Positions 18,582 through 27,645 of a DNA stretch of 59,546 bases are shown here, one piece after another. Both the position numbers and the translations under genes were made by a program. The number at the start of each line of letters is the position of its first letter. Positions within the stretch are counted from its first letter, which is position 1. Source of the stretch: a virus (lineage: Duplodnaviria > Caudoviricetes); IMG/VR virus record IMGVR_UViG_3300042452_000420, positions 1 through 59,546 of that record. The stretch is one strand, 5' to 3'. Under the pieces are notes generated by a model, which saw only the letters and a program-made list of their open reading frames with translations, had not been told where the DNA came from and did not search any database.

Positions 18582-19522
18582 CGGGAGTTCAGTCAATGGA
18601 TCTCTCCGGCATTCATCTGAGCGGCGGTGACTTTGTGCAGAAGGAACTGCAGAACGCGATGAACAAAGAGGCGACCAAGCAAAAGATTTGTCTCATCACC
18701 GTGGAGGAGATGGAGGGTCCGACCGTCCTGTTCACCGCGGGCGTGGATGCCGCCAAGGCGTGCGCCCATTACCTCACCCACAACTACGGAGTGCCCGCCG
18801 TTTATGTCCACGGAAAGCAAGACGAAGAGGAGCGCAAGGAGGCCCTCGCTGCCTTTAAAGGTGGGCAGGCGAAGGTTCTGTGCAACTGCATGGTCGTGGC
18901 TATCGGATTCGATTTCCCGCCGACCCAGACGCTGATCATGGGCAGGCCGACGAAGTCTCTTGGCTTCGCCCTTCAATGCTGGGGGCGCGCGTTCCGCCCG
19001 CTTCCTGGCGACGTTGATTTCCGTGGCAGCACAGCGGAGTCCCGCAAGGCCGCAATCGCAGCCAGCAAAAAGCCGTACGCCAAGATCGTTGACTGCACCC
19101 CCTCCTCGCAGGATCACACGCTCGTCACCGGGATCGACATGTTTGTCACCGATGACGAGGTGAAGGAATACGTTCGCAAAGCGGCGGAGAAGAAGCCGCT
19201 GACTCCGGAAGAGATCGCCGCGCTCGCAGAAGCACAGGCCGCAAAGATCGCAGCCGCCAAGGCCATCGAAGAGATGCGGAAGAACACGCAGGGCCGGGCG
19301 ACCGGCAGCGTGGTTGGCCGCGAGATCGAACTGCGTGGCGGCAAGCGCTGTGTCGGCACGTACTTCAATCCCATCAAAGGCAAGTACGCCGGCCAGAAGC
19401 TGAATCAATTGCCGGACCACTACGTCGCCTGGGCGGCCGAGCAAATCCGCACGGGCTGGATCAGATCGATGTTTCGCAGAGAGCAGGAGCGCAGAAATGC
19501 CGAACGATTTTCTCACCGATGA
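18494..19522 (+). CDS. SF2 helicase C-terminal domain, -1 frame relative to the N-terminal part
   Basis: YVHGK, VLCNC..AIGFDFP, QCWGRAFR; C-terminal GKYAG...LPDHY.W module; GAGGAGG SD. Confidence 0.8.
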   Translation: MEFYERQVCNYDIQWAIAHGWAVPPLCKIAGVQSMDLSGIHLSGGDFVQKELQNAMNKEATKQKICLITVEEMEGPTVLFTAGVDAAKACAHYLTHNYGVPAVYVHGKQDEEERKEALAAFKGGQAKVLCNCMVVAIGFDFPPTQTLIMGRPTKSLGFALQCWGRAFRPLPGDVDFRGSTAESRKAAIAASKKPYAKIVDCTPSSQDHTLVTGIDMFVTDDEVKEYVRKAAEKKPLTPEEIAALAEAQAAKIAAAKAIEEMRKNTQGRATGSVVGREIELRGGKRCVGTYFNPIKGKYAGQKLNQLPDHYVAWAAEQIRTGWIRSMFRREQERRNAERFSHR

Positions 19523-19584
19523 CACCACCGCCGAACTCACTGAACTGTTTCGATTGGACGAGGCTTTTCCCCCAGGAGGACGCA

Positions 19585-20097
19585 ATGAAAGAAAAGGACT
19601 GTGGCACCGTTTCCGCAACTGGCTATCGAACTGTTTTCGCCCACGCCGACGAAATTCACCGCAGGGTGGTTATCAACGGGACGAAGGCGATGCGCGTGAG
19701 CAAGAGCCTGCGGCTCCCCAGGACGCACGTATGGGCCTTCGCTCGCCTATTGAGGGAGTGGGGGCGGGTGCCTCCCAAGTCCCGATTGGCGGTGGCGGCG
19801 ATGTTGGTGCCAGACGCGAGCGATGAAGACATCGCATGGGCCTTTGGCATGCCGCTGAAGTGGGCGCAGTCCTGTCGGTCGCACCGTCACCAGATCCGGA
19901 AGGCGTGGCCTGTGGACGCGAGGATGGAGAGGGCCGTGGAGCTGGAGGAGGAAGATCCGACACCGACGCAGATCGCTGAGATGTGCGCCGCCATGCCGCG
20001 TGTCCTTGCAGGCGAGCCCTACGCTCGCCGGGCGCCCGGCATCCGTGCCTTCAGGTTTGATTCACATGCCACGCTCGTTCCGCAATTCCCTGAGTAA
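19585..20097 (+). CDS. Hypothetical protein
   Basis: AGGAGG SD before ATG 19585; in operon. Confidence 0.6.
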   Translation: MKEKDCGTVSATGYRTVFAHADEIHRRVVINGTKAMRVSKSLRLPRTHVWAFARLLREWGRVPPKSRLAVAAMLVPDASDEDIAWAFGMPLKWAQSCRSHRHQIRKAWPVDARMERAVELEEEDPTPTQIAEMCAAMPRVLAGEPYARRAPGIRAFRFDSHATLVPQFPE

Positions 20098-20686
20098 TGG
20101 CCACAAGGCCGAGCAGGCTTGGGTGGACAAAGCCCGCCTGCTTGGCCTGTCGGTCGCACACGGCAAGAAGGTCGTGATCCGCCGGCACAACAAGTTGACG
20201 GATCACTGCGGCAATCCCGACGCCGCGTTGTTGATGACGGTTGAGATCAAAGAGAGAAGCCTGACGTTCACCAGCCCGGATGATTTTCCATATGCCACGG
20301 TGTTTGTGGATGATCTCCGGGGCCTTGGTAAAGAAACCCTGCGCCCTTTTGCTTACGTGTTCGTTTCGCGGACCACTGGTCACTGGGTGTGGCTGACGCC
20401 GTTAGACAGGGATGAGTCATGGCAGGAAACAATTGTGAAGGACAACACCCGCGGGCATGAGATGGGCATGTTGGTGGCGCCGAAGTCCCACCTTCGGCCG
20501 GCGGAACAACTACAGCAGTATCTAGTACCACACGGGCAACTACATGGAATCGACGGAGACACCTCCCTGTTCGTCGCAGGCGGAGGGCAAGTGGAGAACC
20601 GAGAACGAGCGTCTGACGAAGACAATCCTTTTGTTACAGGCGGAGATCGAAAGACTACGCCGAAAACTAGAAAGCACTTGGGGTGA
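20066..20686 (+). CDS. PD-(D/E)XK nuclease-like protein
   Basis: GHKAEQ...PD...VEIK pattern. Confidence 0.6.
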   Translation: MPRSFRNSLSNGHKAEQAWVDKARLLGLSVAHGKKVVIRRHNKLTDHCGNPDAALLMTVEIKERSLTFTSPDDFPYATVFVDDLRGLGKETLRPFAYVFVSRTTGHWVWLTPLDRDESWQETIVKDNTRGHEMGMLVAPKSHLRPAEQLQQYLVPHGQLHGIDGDTSLFVAGGGQVENRERASDEDNPFVTGGDRKTTPKTRKHLG

Positions 20687-20775
20687 AGCATGAATACACC
20701 CGGCCCAATGGAGTTCTTTATCGGGCTTGTCTTTGCCACGGCGATGCTGCTGTACGGCCTTTCGATGGGTGAAGA

Positions 20776-20919
20776 ATGAGCGGAACGCTAATCATTGTGA
20801 CCGGCGTTATCTATGCCGTAGTATCCGTGGATCAGTTTGCCCACGGTAACAACGGCATGGGTATCGCCTACTTGGGCTACGGATTTGCGAACATTGGCCT
20901 ATGGATGCTGGCTAAATGA
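20776..20919 (+). CDS. 47-aa membrane protein (below ORF-track cutoff)
   Basis: MSGTLIIVTGVIYAVVSVDQFAHGNNGMGIAYLGYGFANIGLWMLAK; two hydrophobic segments; ATGA-coupled on both sides. Confidence 0.65.
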   Translation: MSGTLIIVTGVIYAVVSVDQFAHGNNGMGIAYLGYGFANIGLWMLAK

Positions 20920-21524
20920 ACGCTGATATACCGTATATGAGATGCTGGGTGCGGCGGGAGTTCGTCTCGCAAGACACTGGTCTGGAAGAGGCTTACGCTT
21001 TTGCCATCCAGTCGCACCCCGGGCGTTGCCTCGCCTTCCACGTGATGTTGAAGTCCGGCGCCCATTACCGCAACGTGCCGATCCATGCGCTCTGCCTGGA
21101 TCAGGACGCTCCGCCCATCGACTTGGGAGATGCCCAGCTTTGGGACTGCTTCACGTTCCATCCCCAGGTACACGTATACGGCTACCTCCGGGAGCATGAG
21201 GCAGTCTGTTATCTCCGGTCAAAGAAGCTGGCCGGCGTTTACCTGTTCACCGTGGACTGGTTGCCAGACCACGACGGGCCCGGCATGACCCACCTTGTGG
21301 AACAGAACAAGTGCGGGCATGTCATGCGACTGGATGATGGCAACCTGTGCTGCCTGCCCACCAACCGGATCGCATGGCGAGATTCATATTTTATAGGAAA
21401 CTCCCCAGCCCCCGAGACGGAGCGTTACAAGGTGCAAGGCGAGGTGTATCAGGCGGAGTCTGGGGAGTGGGATGTGAGCCAGTCAGAGAAGTACTACTAC
21501 ACCCCCGTAAAGCGTACCATTTGA
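20916..21524 (+). CDS. Conserved phage hypothetical protein
   Basis: 202 aa; NADIPY..C.VR.EF, QLWDCF, YLFTVDW, PTNRI. Confidence 0.75.
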   Translation: MNADIPYMRCWVRREFVSQDTGLEEAYAFAIQSHPGRCLAFHVMLKSGAHYRNVPIHALCLDQDAPPIDLGDAQLWDCFTFHPQVHVYGYLREHEAVCYLRSKKLAGVYLFTVDWLPDHDGPGMTHLVEQNKCGHVMRLDDGNLCCLPTNRIAWRDSYFIGNSPAPETERYKVQGEVYQAESGEWDVSQSEKYYYTPVKRTI

Positions 21525-21626
21525 GCCTGGACGGCGGTTCACCAATTCCGTTTCTGTATCTGGCCGTGGCGGACATTGACTAGCAACGGCGGACGGCGTG
21601 TTCCGCCGGAGTCTTATGGGCCGTGG

Positions 21627-21824
21627 ATGATGAACGGAAAGCATAAAGATCGCATGCGGGCCCCAGAGGTTGCCGCACTGCTTGGCATCAGCGAGCGAAC
21701 GCTATCGCGATGGGTGAACTCTGGGAGGTTCCCGAGGCCGTCTGCGTTTGGGCGTGTTCGACACTGGGATTCCCTTGTTGTGCATGCCTGGATTGAGGCT
21801 GCGGAAGGACGGGTGCCTGCGTGA
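21627..21824 (+). CDS. AlpA/Xis-like HTH protein (candidate excisionase)
   Basis: EVAALLGISERTLSRWVNSGRFPRP...RHW; start uncertain (21576-21654). Confidence 0.8.
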   Translation: MMNGKHKDRMRAPEVAALLGISERTLSRWVNSGRFPRPSAFGRVRHWDSLVVHAWIEAAEGRVPA

Positions 21825-22321
21825 TACGAGCAGCCACTACTTCGCAATCTCACCCAGGAACTAGCGCGTGGGCACTCTCTGTAACCAATGCGCAAAAGAA
21901 AAGACAGGCTCGTCCGCAACGCACCTATCGCGGACGATACGTGTACGCTTGGTTTAATGAGGAAAGCAAGCTGCCGTTTTACATCGGCAGGGGAACTGGC
22001 AGCCGAGCGTGGGACCGCCACCAAGACGGCGACGGGCGCGCCATGTTCTGCCAAACGACCCGCGTTTCGACCCCCGGATTTCGCGTTGAGGTAATACGCG
22101 ACAACCTCACGGAAGAGGGCGCTGCGCTGGCCGAAGCATGCCTTATTTCGTTCGTTTCGCAGTGCGGAGGGACTCTTACAAATCAGGTTGGTGGCATGTC
22201 CCGCCAAGAGCGCCCGCCACTGGAATTGGACGCCGGTCTTTTAGGGCACCCTGAAAGCGATGATTGCCCCCAGGAGCCGCTATCCGATCCAGAAACGCAA
22301 ATCGACACGCCAAAAAATTAG
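21821..22321 (+). CDS. GIY-YIG-type endonuclease
   Basis: YVYAW...PFYIGRGTGSRAWDRH...EACLI...LTN. Confidence 0.75.
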   Translation: MIRAATTSQSHPGTSAWALSVTNAQKKRQARPQRTYRGRYVYAWFNEESKLPFYIGRGTGSRAWDRHQDGDGRAMFCQTTRVSTPGFRVEVIRDNLTEEGAALAEACLISFVSQCGGTLTNQVGGMSRQERPPLELDAGLLGHPESDDCPQEPLSDPETQIDTPKN

Positions 22322-22350
22322 GGCCTTTAAAACGCAAGCCAGGGGCTCTC

Positions 22351-22989
22351 ATGGGCATGCAAACGATAGCCGTCTTCCTCTCGGTTTTTGCAGAGGCATC
22401 CGCCGTGGGTGCCGATCTGGAGTACGTGCCTGGAATCTGGGCACCGCCTGCCTCTTATCCGGCCACTCTGCGGGATATCGCCGGCCGGCTTCCCGAGCGG
22501 ACGGACGCCCGAGATGCCGACCTGATTACCTACGCCCATGAAGGGAACCACTTCCTCTGCCGGGGTAAGCCTGGATACCACGGGGTGTACGTGGGGAACG
22601 GGCTGAGAATCTTCCTGCCCACCCCACCGCTCGTCACGGAGCGGGTGTTACTGGCCGTGCCCGAACACAAGCGCGGGACGATCTTCCAGACCTACATGAA
22701 CCAGGGCAGGACAGAGTACTGGGCTGCGCAGCCGCTGATGATCCTGGACGAATGGGCTGCGTACATCGCTGGATCGAAAACACGGGCGGAAAGTAAGGGT
22801 ATTCAGAGACGGGAAACAACCGTACACTGTGCGACATTCGCCGGATACGCTGCGGTTCTGTACGCCATGGCAAAGGACTGTCCAGGTTATCCGGCTGACG
22901 AACTCAGGACATTCTGTTTGTGGCAACTGGATCGCTGCAGGGAAGCCATCCCTGACTGGGATCAGTTGTCGGATGCGAAGTTTTACTAG
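22351..22989 (+). CDS. Hypothetical protein with HExxH (possible metallopeptidase)
   Basis: TYAHEGNH plus downstream LDEW; hydrophobic N-terminus. Confidence 0.55.
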   Translation: MGMQTIAVFLSVFAEASAVGADLEYVPGIWAPPASYPATLRDIAGRLPERTDARDADLITYAHEGNHFLCRGKPGYHGVYVGNGLRIFLPTPPLVTERVLLAVPEHKRGTIFQTYMNQGRTEYWAAQPLMILDEWAAYIAGSKTRAESKGIQRRETTVHCATFAGYAAVLYAMAKDCPGYPADELRTFCLWQLDRCREAIPDWDQLSDAKFY

Positions 22990-23032
22990 GCACTGGATGC
23001 CGACACGGTGTACCACCCACCGACCGCCAAGG

Positions 23033-23278
23033 CGCAAGCACAGCGACAAGGGTGAGCAAAACGCCGCAAGGCGTGGGGTATTGCCGGGTGTGCTGACGAC
23101 TCCGACCCGGACTGAGACTTGCCCCCGGAGCGAAGGATGTAAAGGCCGTGGACTCCGTAATCAACTACGCACGCCCGGTCCATGCAGCGCGGCTCCGCCG
23201 TTTGACATGCCCGCATACTGGCTCTTCGGAGTCGGTATGCGCGCTCACCACCGTTTGACGGTTTGAGTATCGCTTGCG
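23033..23278 (+). ncRNA. Candidate multi-stem structured RNA, family not recognised
   Basis: Intergenic; GCAA and cUUCGg capped hairpins, nested stems, long-range closing helices; G-U pairs favour the + strand. Confidence 0.6.
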
Positions 23279-23302
23279 TATACGCCCGTCCACCGTTACA
23301 AT
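23274..23302 (+). promoter_or_regulatory. Sigma70-like promoter
   Basis: TTGCGT-17-TACAAT upstream of the HNH-like gene. Confidence 0.6.
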
Positions 23303-23338
23303 CCCGGCCTACCTTGGAGGGTAGATCGGCTATGCAGG

Positions 23339-23866
23339 ATGTACGCGGAAGCGACGAAGGTCTGCAGGGACTGCGGCAAGGAGTTGCCATTAAGCGCGTT
23401 CTACCTTGCCCCCCGTGGCGTACAAGGGGTTTCGTCTTACTGCAAACCTTGCGCCTGCAAGCGATCCTCCGCTAGCAGGATGACTCGTCGCGAACACTGC
23501 ATTGCTTATAGCCGGGCGTGGCATTTACGGCGGCGAGCGGAGCGACCATCCGAGGCGTTGTTTTCAGCAACGAAGCTGGGGGCTGCCAAGCGAAATATTT
23601 CTTTTGCGCTCACTCCGCAATGGTTCGCACGCAAGTTTGCTGCCAACAGGTGCGAATTAACTGGATTGGAATTTGACTATGGGAAACGGTCGCTGAGACT
23701 CCCATCCCCGGACAGGATCGACAGTAGCAAAGGGTACACCGAAGACAACACAAGGCTCATTTGCTGGGGATTAAATGCAATGAAAATGCACCACAGCGAA
23801 GAAGATTTCATTAAGTTCCTAAAAGACGCACACTCGGGCCTGAATGAACAAGCAAGAACGCATTGA
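23339..23866 (+). CDS. HNH-like endonuclease with N-terminal Zn ribbon
   Basis: CRDC/CKPC; SPDRIDSSKGYTEDN...N.MK. Confidence 0.75.
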   Translation: MYAEATKVCRDCGKELPLSAFYLAPRGVQGVSSYCKPCACKRSSASRMTRREHCIAYSRAWHLRRRAERPSEALFSATKLGAAKRNISFALTPQWFARKFAANRCELTGLEFDYGKRSLRLPSPDRIDSSKGYTEDNTRLICWGLNAMKMHHSEEDFIKFLKDAHSGLNEQARTH

Positions 23867-24242
23867 TCTCCAGGCGTGGCTAGAAGAACACAGGTCATGC
23901 GCGGTGTGCTGGTGGCCGGAGTCCGATGGCCGACGGTGGCTGGAAGTACATCACTTGGTCGGAGGCGCCGGACGCAAGCACGACATCCGGCAGTACGTGC
24001 GTTTGTGCAACAACTGTCACACGGTGCTTCACTCAGGCACTTTTCTTACTGGACTCCCAGACCTGAACAAGGGTATACTTCTTGGCGTGAAGAAAGAATG
24101 TGACCCTTCCAACTACGATCCCGTGTTCCTCGCCTCGCTGAAACACAAGAAGCACCTGGGCTACGAACCGGAAGAGTTACCAGAAGCGTACAAGGAACAG
24201 CGCATCAGAAACGTAGGGCCATGGACGAGCCGAGAACCCTGA
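23844..24242 (+). CDS. HNH endonuclease
   Basis: CAVC...LEVHHL...LCNNCH. Confidence 0.75.
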   Translation: MNKQERIDLQAWLEEHRSCAVCWWPESDGRRWLEVHHLVGGAGRKHDIRQYVRLCNNCHTVLHSGTFLTGLPDLNKGILLGVKKECDPSNYDPVFLASLKHKKHLGYEPEELPEAYKEQRIRNVGPWTSREP

Positions 24243-24601
24243 GTTGTGAGGTCATCAGGGTCACCCGTCCGAACACCCTGCTTATCCGTTCGATGTCAGA
24301 GATCATGCAGAGCTACGCTTCAACCTACCTGTGTCTCGCCGGAGTCCGCTGCAGGAAGTCGGCCATGCAGGACATCATCGACTGGCTGGAAATTCACGGC
24401 GACTTCGGCCGCTACGAACTCCTGCTCTTTGACTGGATGCGTGACTCCTACGGCCGGCTCTTGGGGAATGTCCTGGACCGCAAGACCGGCGAGGCCCTAA
24501 CCACCTACCTCATCCAGCGGGGCTCCGCCGTGGAGCGCCCGAACCACCTGGAGGAAGTTATGCAAGACCTCCTCTCCGCCCCGGAGCCCGACGAGCTATG
24601 A
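24221..24601 (+). CDS. Thermonuclease (SNase)-fold protein, possibly inactive
   Basis: LAGV, DSYGRLLG, LIQRG.A; the DGDT motif is replaced by RPNT. Confidence 0.5.
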   Translation: MDEPRTLSCEVIRVTRPNTLLIRSMSEIMQSYASTYLCLAGVRCRKSAMQDIIDWLEIHGDFGRYELLLFDWMRDSYGRLLGNVLDRKTGEALTTYLIQRGSAVERPNHLEEVMQDLLSAPEPDEL

Positions 24602-24840
24602 CAAGCGGCGGCTACTGGAAGACAACCAACTCCCAGATCACGGCCCACTGGCCATTGCAGGGAGGCTCGCGCGACTTCGGAATGTGGTCGCGGATCGGTG
24701 TGTGGATCAGTCAGAACGAGAAGGTTCTGAACAAGCGGACGCAGGACGAGGTCTGCAGGCTGGTGAGCGAACAATTCCCGGAGCTGGTGGAGGTGGAATC
24801 CAAGGACTACAGCGGCCGGCTGGCGAGGTGGCGCAAATGA
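24598..24840 (+). CDS. Hypothetical protein
   Basis: ATGA coupling at both ends. Confidence 0.6.
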   Translation: MTSGGYWKTTNSQITAHWPLQGGSRDFGMWSRIGVWISQNEKVLNKRTQDEVCRLVSEQFPELVEVESKDYSGRLARWRK

Positions 24841-25247
24841 TCCACGGCCGCCAGAAGGGAGCCCGCGGAGAACGCAGCGCCGCCCAGGCGTGGGCAGAAG
24901 CTCTCGGCCTAGACCCGGCCGCCTGTCGCAGAGGCCAGCAATTTGCGGGTGGAACAGATTCCCCGGATGTTGTTCAGCCGTTGCGGGACATCCACCTAGA
25001 GGTGAAGCGCGTGGAGGCTGGCAACCCGTACCGCTGGTTGGAGCAGGCGGTGCGTGATGCTGGTGGGAAAATCCCACTCGTCCTCCACAGGCGGAACCGC
25101 AAGGACTGGATCGCGATAGTGAGGCTAGACGATGTCCAACGACTCGCGGAGACGATTGCTGCGCAAACTAAAACGCTGGGCGGAGGAGCGGTTTCCGGTC
25201 CTGTTCCCGGTGAGGGTGTACCTCCGGCCAAAGAACCGAATGTCTGA
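24837..25247 (+). CDS. Holliday junction resolvase-like PD-(D/E)XK nuclease
   Basis: RQKGARGER...SPDV...HLEVKR...W.EQA. Confidence 0.8.
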   Translation: MIHGRQKGARGERSAAQAWAEALGLDPAACRRGQQFAGGTDSPDVVQPLRDIHLEVKRVEAGNPYRWLEQAVRDAGGKIPLVLHRRNRKDWIAIVRLDDVQRLAETIAAQTKTLGGGAVSGPVPGEGVPPAKEPNV

Positions 25248-25476
25248 GATGCTGGGCTACTTCTGCATGGACGACGATTGTGAGCGAGGAACGATTGGAA
25301 TCCTGGATAGTTTGAACCACGGCGAAATCATTGACACCTTTTTTGAGGAGTGGGCCCACGCGCGGTGTGCCCATCTCCTAGACACGGAGGACCACGACGA
25401 TGACCCCGACCACCACCCTACGTTCTGGAGTGAGTACGGAAGACTCGTCAAAGCCGGTCGCGGTGTGGCATGGTGA
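25132..25476 (+). CDS. Hypothetical protein (EEWAH, degenerate metallopeptidase-like motif)
   Basis: Overlaps resolvase end; start 25132 or 25240. Confidence 0.55.
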   Translation: MSNDSRRRLLRKLKRWAEERFPVLFPVRVYLRPKNRMSEMLGYFCMDDDCERGTIGILDSLNHGEIIDTFFEEWAHARCAHLLDTEDHDDDPDHHPTFWSEYGRLVKAGRGVAW

Positions 25477-25759
25477 CGATCCCTACGCGGAAGTCACCGA
25501 CCTCATCCATGACCTCATGCTGCGAAAGAGCGGTTACTACGGCAACCCAGATGACGGTCCACTCTGCAATGCCTTGGGGGTGGAGGCTGACGGCATCGAA
25601 CCGTGGCGCTACCAACTGGCCAGAATTGGCGAGAAATGCAGGCGTCTGCGAGGCGAAGCCCAGCATGACGAGCATTTACTTAGAGAGACTCTGATCGACA
25701 TCGCCGGCCATGCGGTGGTCGCCCTGGCCTGCTTAAACCACAAAGCGAGAAACCCATGA
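25400..25759 (+). CDS. Nucleotide-modification-associated domain protein (DUF1599/Nmad1-like)
   Basis: KSGYYG...RIGEK.RRL...ETLIDIAG.AV; true start may be GTG 25463. Confidence 0.65.
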   Translation: MTPTTTLRSGVSTEDSSKPVAVWHGDDPYAEVTDLIHDLMLRKSGYYGNPDDGPLCNALGVEADGIEPWRYQLARIGEKCRRLRGEAQHDEHLLRETLIDIAGHAVVALACLNHKARNP

Positions 25760-26115
25760 ACCTGAAGGTCCTGAAGTGGCTGTTGGCCCACCGTGAAGCC
25801 CTGGTCCAGATCGTTGAGATTGCCAAGGGGTACAACAAGACGCTGTCTTTCGTGAAGCAGTGGGAGATCGTAGACCGCATCGCGCGGATCGTGATCCCCG
25901 TACTGGAAGCAGAGTCGGTTTCCCCGCGGGCGCTTTCGGACGACGGGTTCTACATCCTGTCGAACATGGATGACGACAACCGCGAGGTCGAACTGCTTGC
26001 CGCCGGGGCCACGGTGGTGGCGCTGGGCATCGACTGGAAGATCATCGTTGATACGGTGCTGCCGATCATCCTTGCGATCCTGAAGGCCCTGCTGAAGGAC
26101 GATTCAGAGGAGTGA
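25756..26115 (+). CDS. Hypothetical protein with hydrophobic C-terminus
   Basis: 119 aa; coupled to neighbours. Confidence 0.7.
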   Translation: MNLKVLKWLLAHREALVQIVEIAKGYNKTLSFVKQWEIVDRIARIVIPVLEAESVSPRALSDDGFYILSNMDDDNREVELLAAGATVVALGIDWKIIVDTVLPIILAILKALLKDDSEE

Positions 26116-27050
26116 GCTACGTTCACCTTCCGCCCTACCGGGTGACAGCGCATCCACTCGCCGCCAAAAGCGACGGGGTTGACTGGGGCGTTGCTTCATA
26201 CGGGATCCCCGCCCTGTGGAAGAAATGGCAGGGCGAAGGCGTGACGGTGGCGGTGGTCGATAGCGGAGTCGCCAAGCACTACGCGCTGGACGATGTGGTG
26301 GTTGACTACCGCAACTTCACCAGCGATAGCGATCTCTACGACACCATCGGGCATGGCACGCACTGCGCCGGGGTGATCGGCGCCAAGGCCGGCAATGCGA
26401 AGGGCATCGCACCCAAGTGCAAGATCCACTCGCTCAAAGTCCTGGGCCACAGCGGGATGGGATCGAACGACGCGGTGGCGGAGGCTGTCCGCTACGCCAC
26501 AGAGATCAAATGCGACATCATCTCCATGTCGCTTGGTTCCTCCCGGCCGGACGATCACTTGCATCAGGCGATCAAAGCCGCACATGAGGCTGGCATCATC
26601 GTAGTCTGCGCCGCCGGCAACGACGGGGGGGCAGTCAACTACCCCGCTGCGTTCTTGGAAACTATCGGCGTCGGTGCGGTGGACAAGAGCGGTCAGGTGT
26701 GCGAGTTCTCCAGCCGTGGCAAGGAGATCGTCGTTGCTGCGCCGGGTGCGGATATCACAAGCACATGGTTGAGCAACGGCTACGCAACCATCTCCGGCAC
26801 GAGCATGGCTGCACCGTTCGTTGCCGGGGTTCTCGCCCTGTACATCTCTGCCGCCAAGCACGACGGCGAGAAGGTGACGCACAGGACCGTGATCGACGCC
26901 CTGTCACGCACATGCAAGGACGCAGGCGTGGAAGGGCATGACGATGTATACGGCTGGGGATTGCTGGATCCTCACAGGTTGCTCACCTACGACATTAAGG
27001 CCACGCCCAATGGCATCACCATCTTCATTCCCGGGGGGAAAATACTTTGA
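26112..27050 (+). CDS. Subtilisin-like S8 serine peptidase
   Basis: VAVVDSG, HGTHCAG, AAGN, GTSMAAP: complete triad and oxyanion Asn. Confidence 0.95.
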   Translation: MSYVHLPPYRVTAHPLAAKSDGVDWGVASYGIPALWKKWQGEGVTVAVVDSGVAKHYALDDVVVDYRNFTSDSDLYDTIGHGTHCAGVIGAKAGNAKGIAPKCKIHSLKVLGHSGMGSNDAVAEAVRYATEIKCDIISMSLGSSRPDDHLHQAIKAAHEAGIIVVCAAGNDGGAVNYPAAFLETIGVGAVDKSGQVCEFSSRGKEIVVAAPGADITSTWLSNGYATISGTSMAAPFVAGVLALYISAAKHDGEKVTHRTVIDALSRTCKDAGVEGHDDVYGWGLLDPHRLLTYDIKATPNGITIFIPGGKIL

Positions 27051-27250
27051 CAACCTACCAGATCGTCGGCATCGCAGCCGTCCTGGCCGTGGCGGCATGG
27101 CAGTACGTGCCATGGGCAAAGCTCCCGACCCGGAAGCCATCTTCCCTGAAGGATATCGCAGCGGTTATCGCGATTCGCGATACGCACGCAGCGCCGGAGA
27201 TCCGCAAGGCGTGCAACGATCTGTTGCGCGTCCTCTTGGATACAAAATGA
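27047..27250 (+). CDS. Small membrane-anchored protein
   Basis: N-terminal TM IVGIAAVLAVAAW; TTG start overlapping upstream stop. Confidence 0.6.
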   Translation: MTTYQIVGIAAVLAVAAWQYVPWAKLPTRKPSSLKDIAAVIAIRDTHAAPEIRKACNDLLRVLLDTK

Positions 27251-27645
27251 AACACCTCCCCCTCGCCATCGCCTGTCTGTTCCTTGCCCTGACCTTCATC
27301 CCACCACAGCCACGGGCCACCGGCCCCGTCGCAACAGCCCTGCAGTCGGCATCCTCCTCCGACCGGGCGACCATCGCCGCCACTTACCGCGCGTTGGCCG
27401 ATGTCGTGCGACGAGATGCCGGCCGGCGGATCACCACCACTGGTGTCTGGCGCGCCGTCTACCAGGACGCGCTGGCCCTGGCTGTGGGCGGGACGGAGCT
27501 TGTGGGTAAGTACCCCGGATTGGACAAGGCCGTGGAAGAAGTGCTGGGCGAGTACTACACGCTGGACGATGTCGCCATCGATCCCGACCTCTCCCAGAAG
27601 ATCGGCACCGCCTGCGTAGAAGTGGCGAGGCAAAGTGGCGGGTGA
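27247..27645 (+). CDS. Signal-peptide/membrane-anchored protein
   Basis: MKHLPLAIACLFLALTF; ATGA overlap. Confidence 0.7.
   Translation: MKHLPLAIACLFLALTFIPPQPRATGPVATALQSASSSDRATIAATYRALADVVRRDAGRRITTTGVWRAVYQDALALAVGGTELVGKYPGLDKAVEEVLGEYYTLDDVAIDPDLSQKIGTACVEVARQSGG

Noticed and set aside
23033-23866. Group I intron carrying an HNH gene
   Set aside because: CTGAGACT is only weakly R-like, I could not build P3/P7, and no interrupted host gene is evident; an Infernal search would settle it
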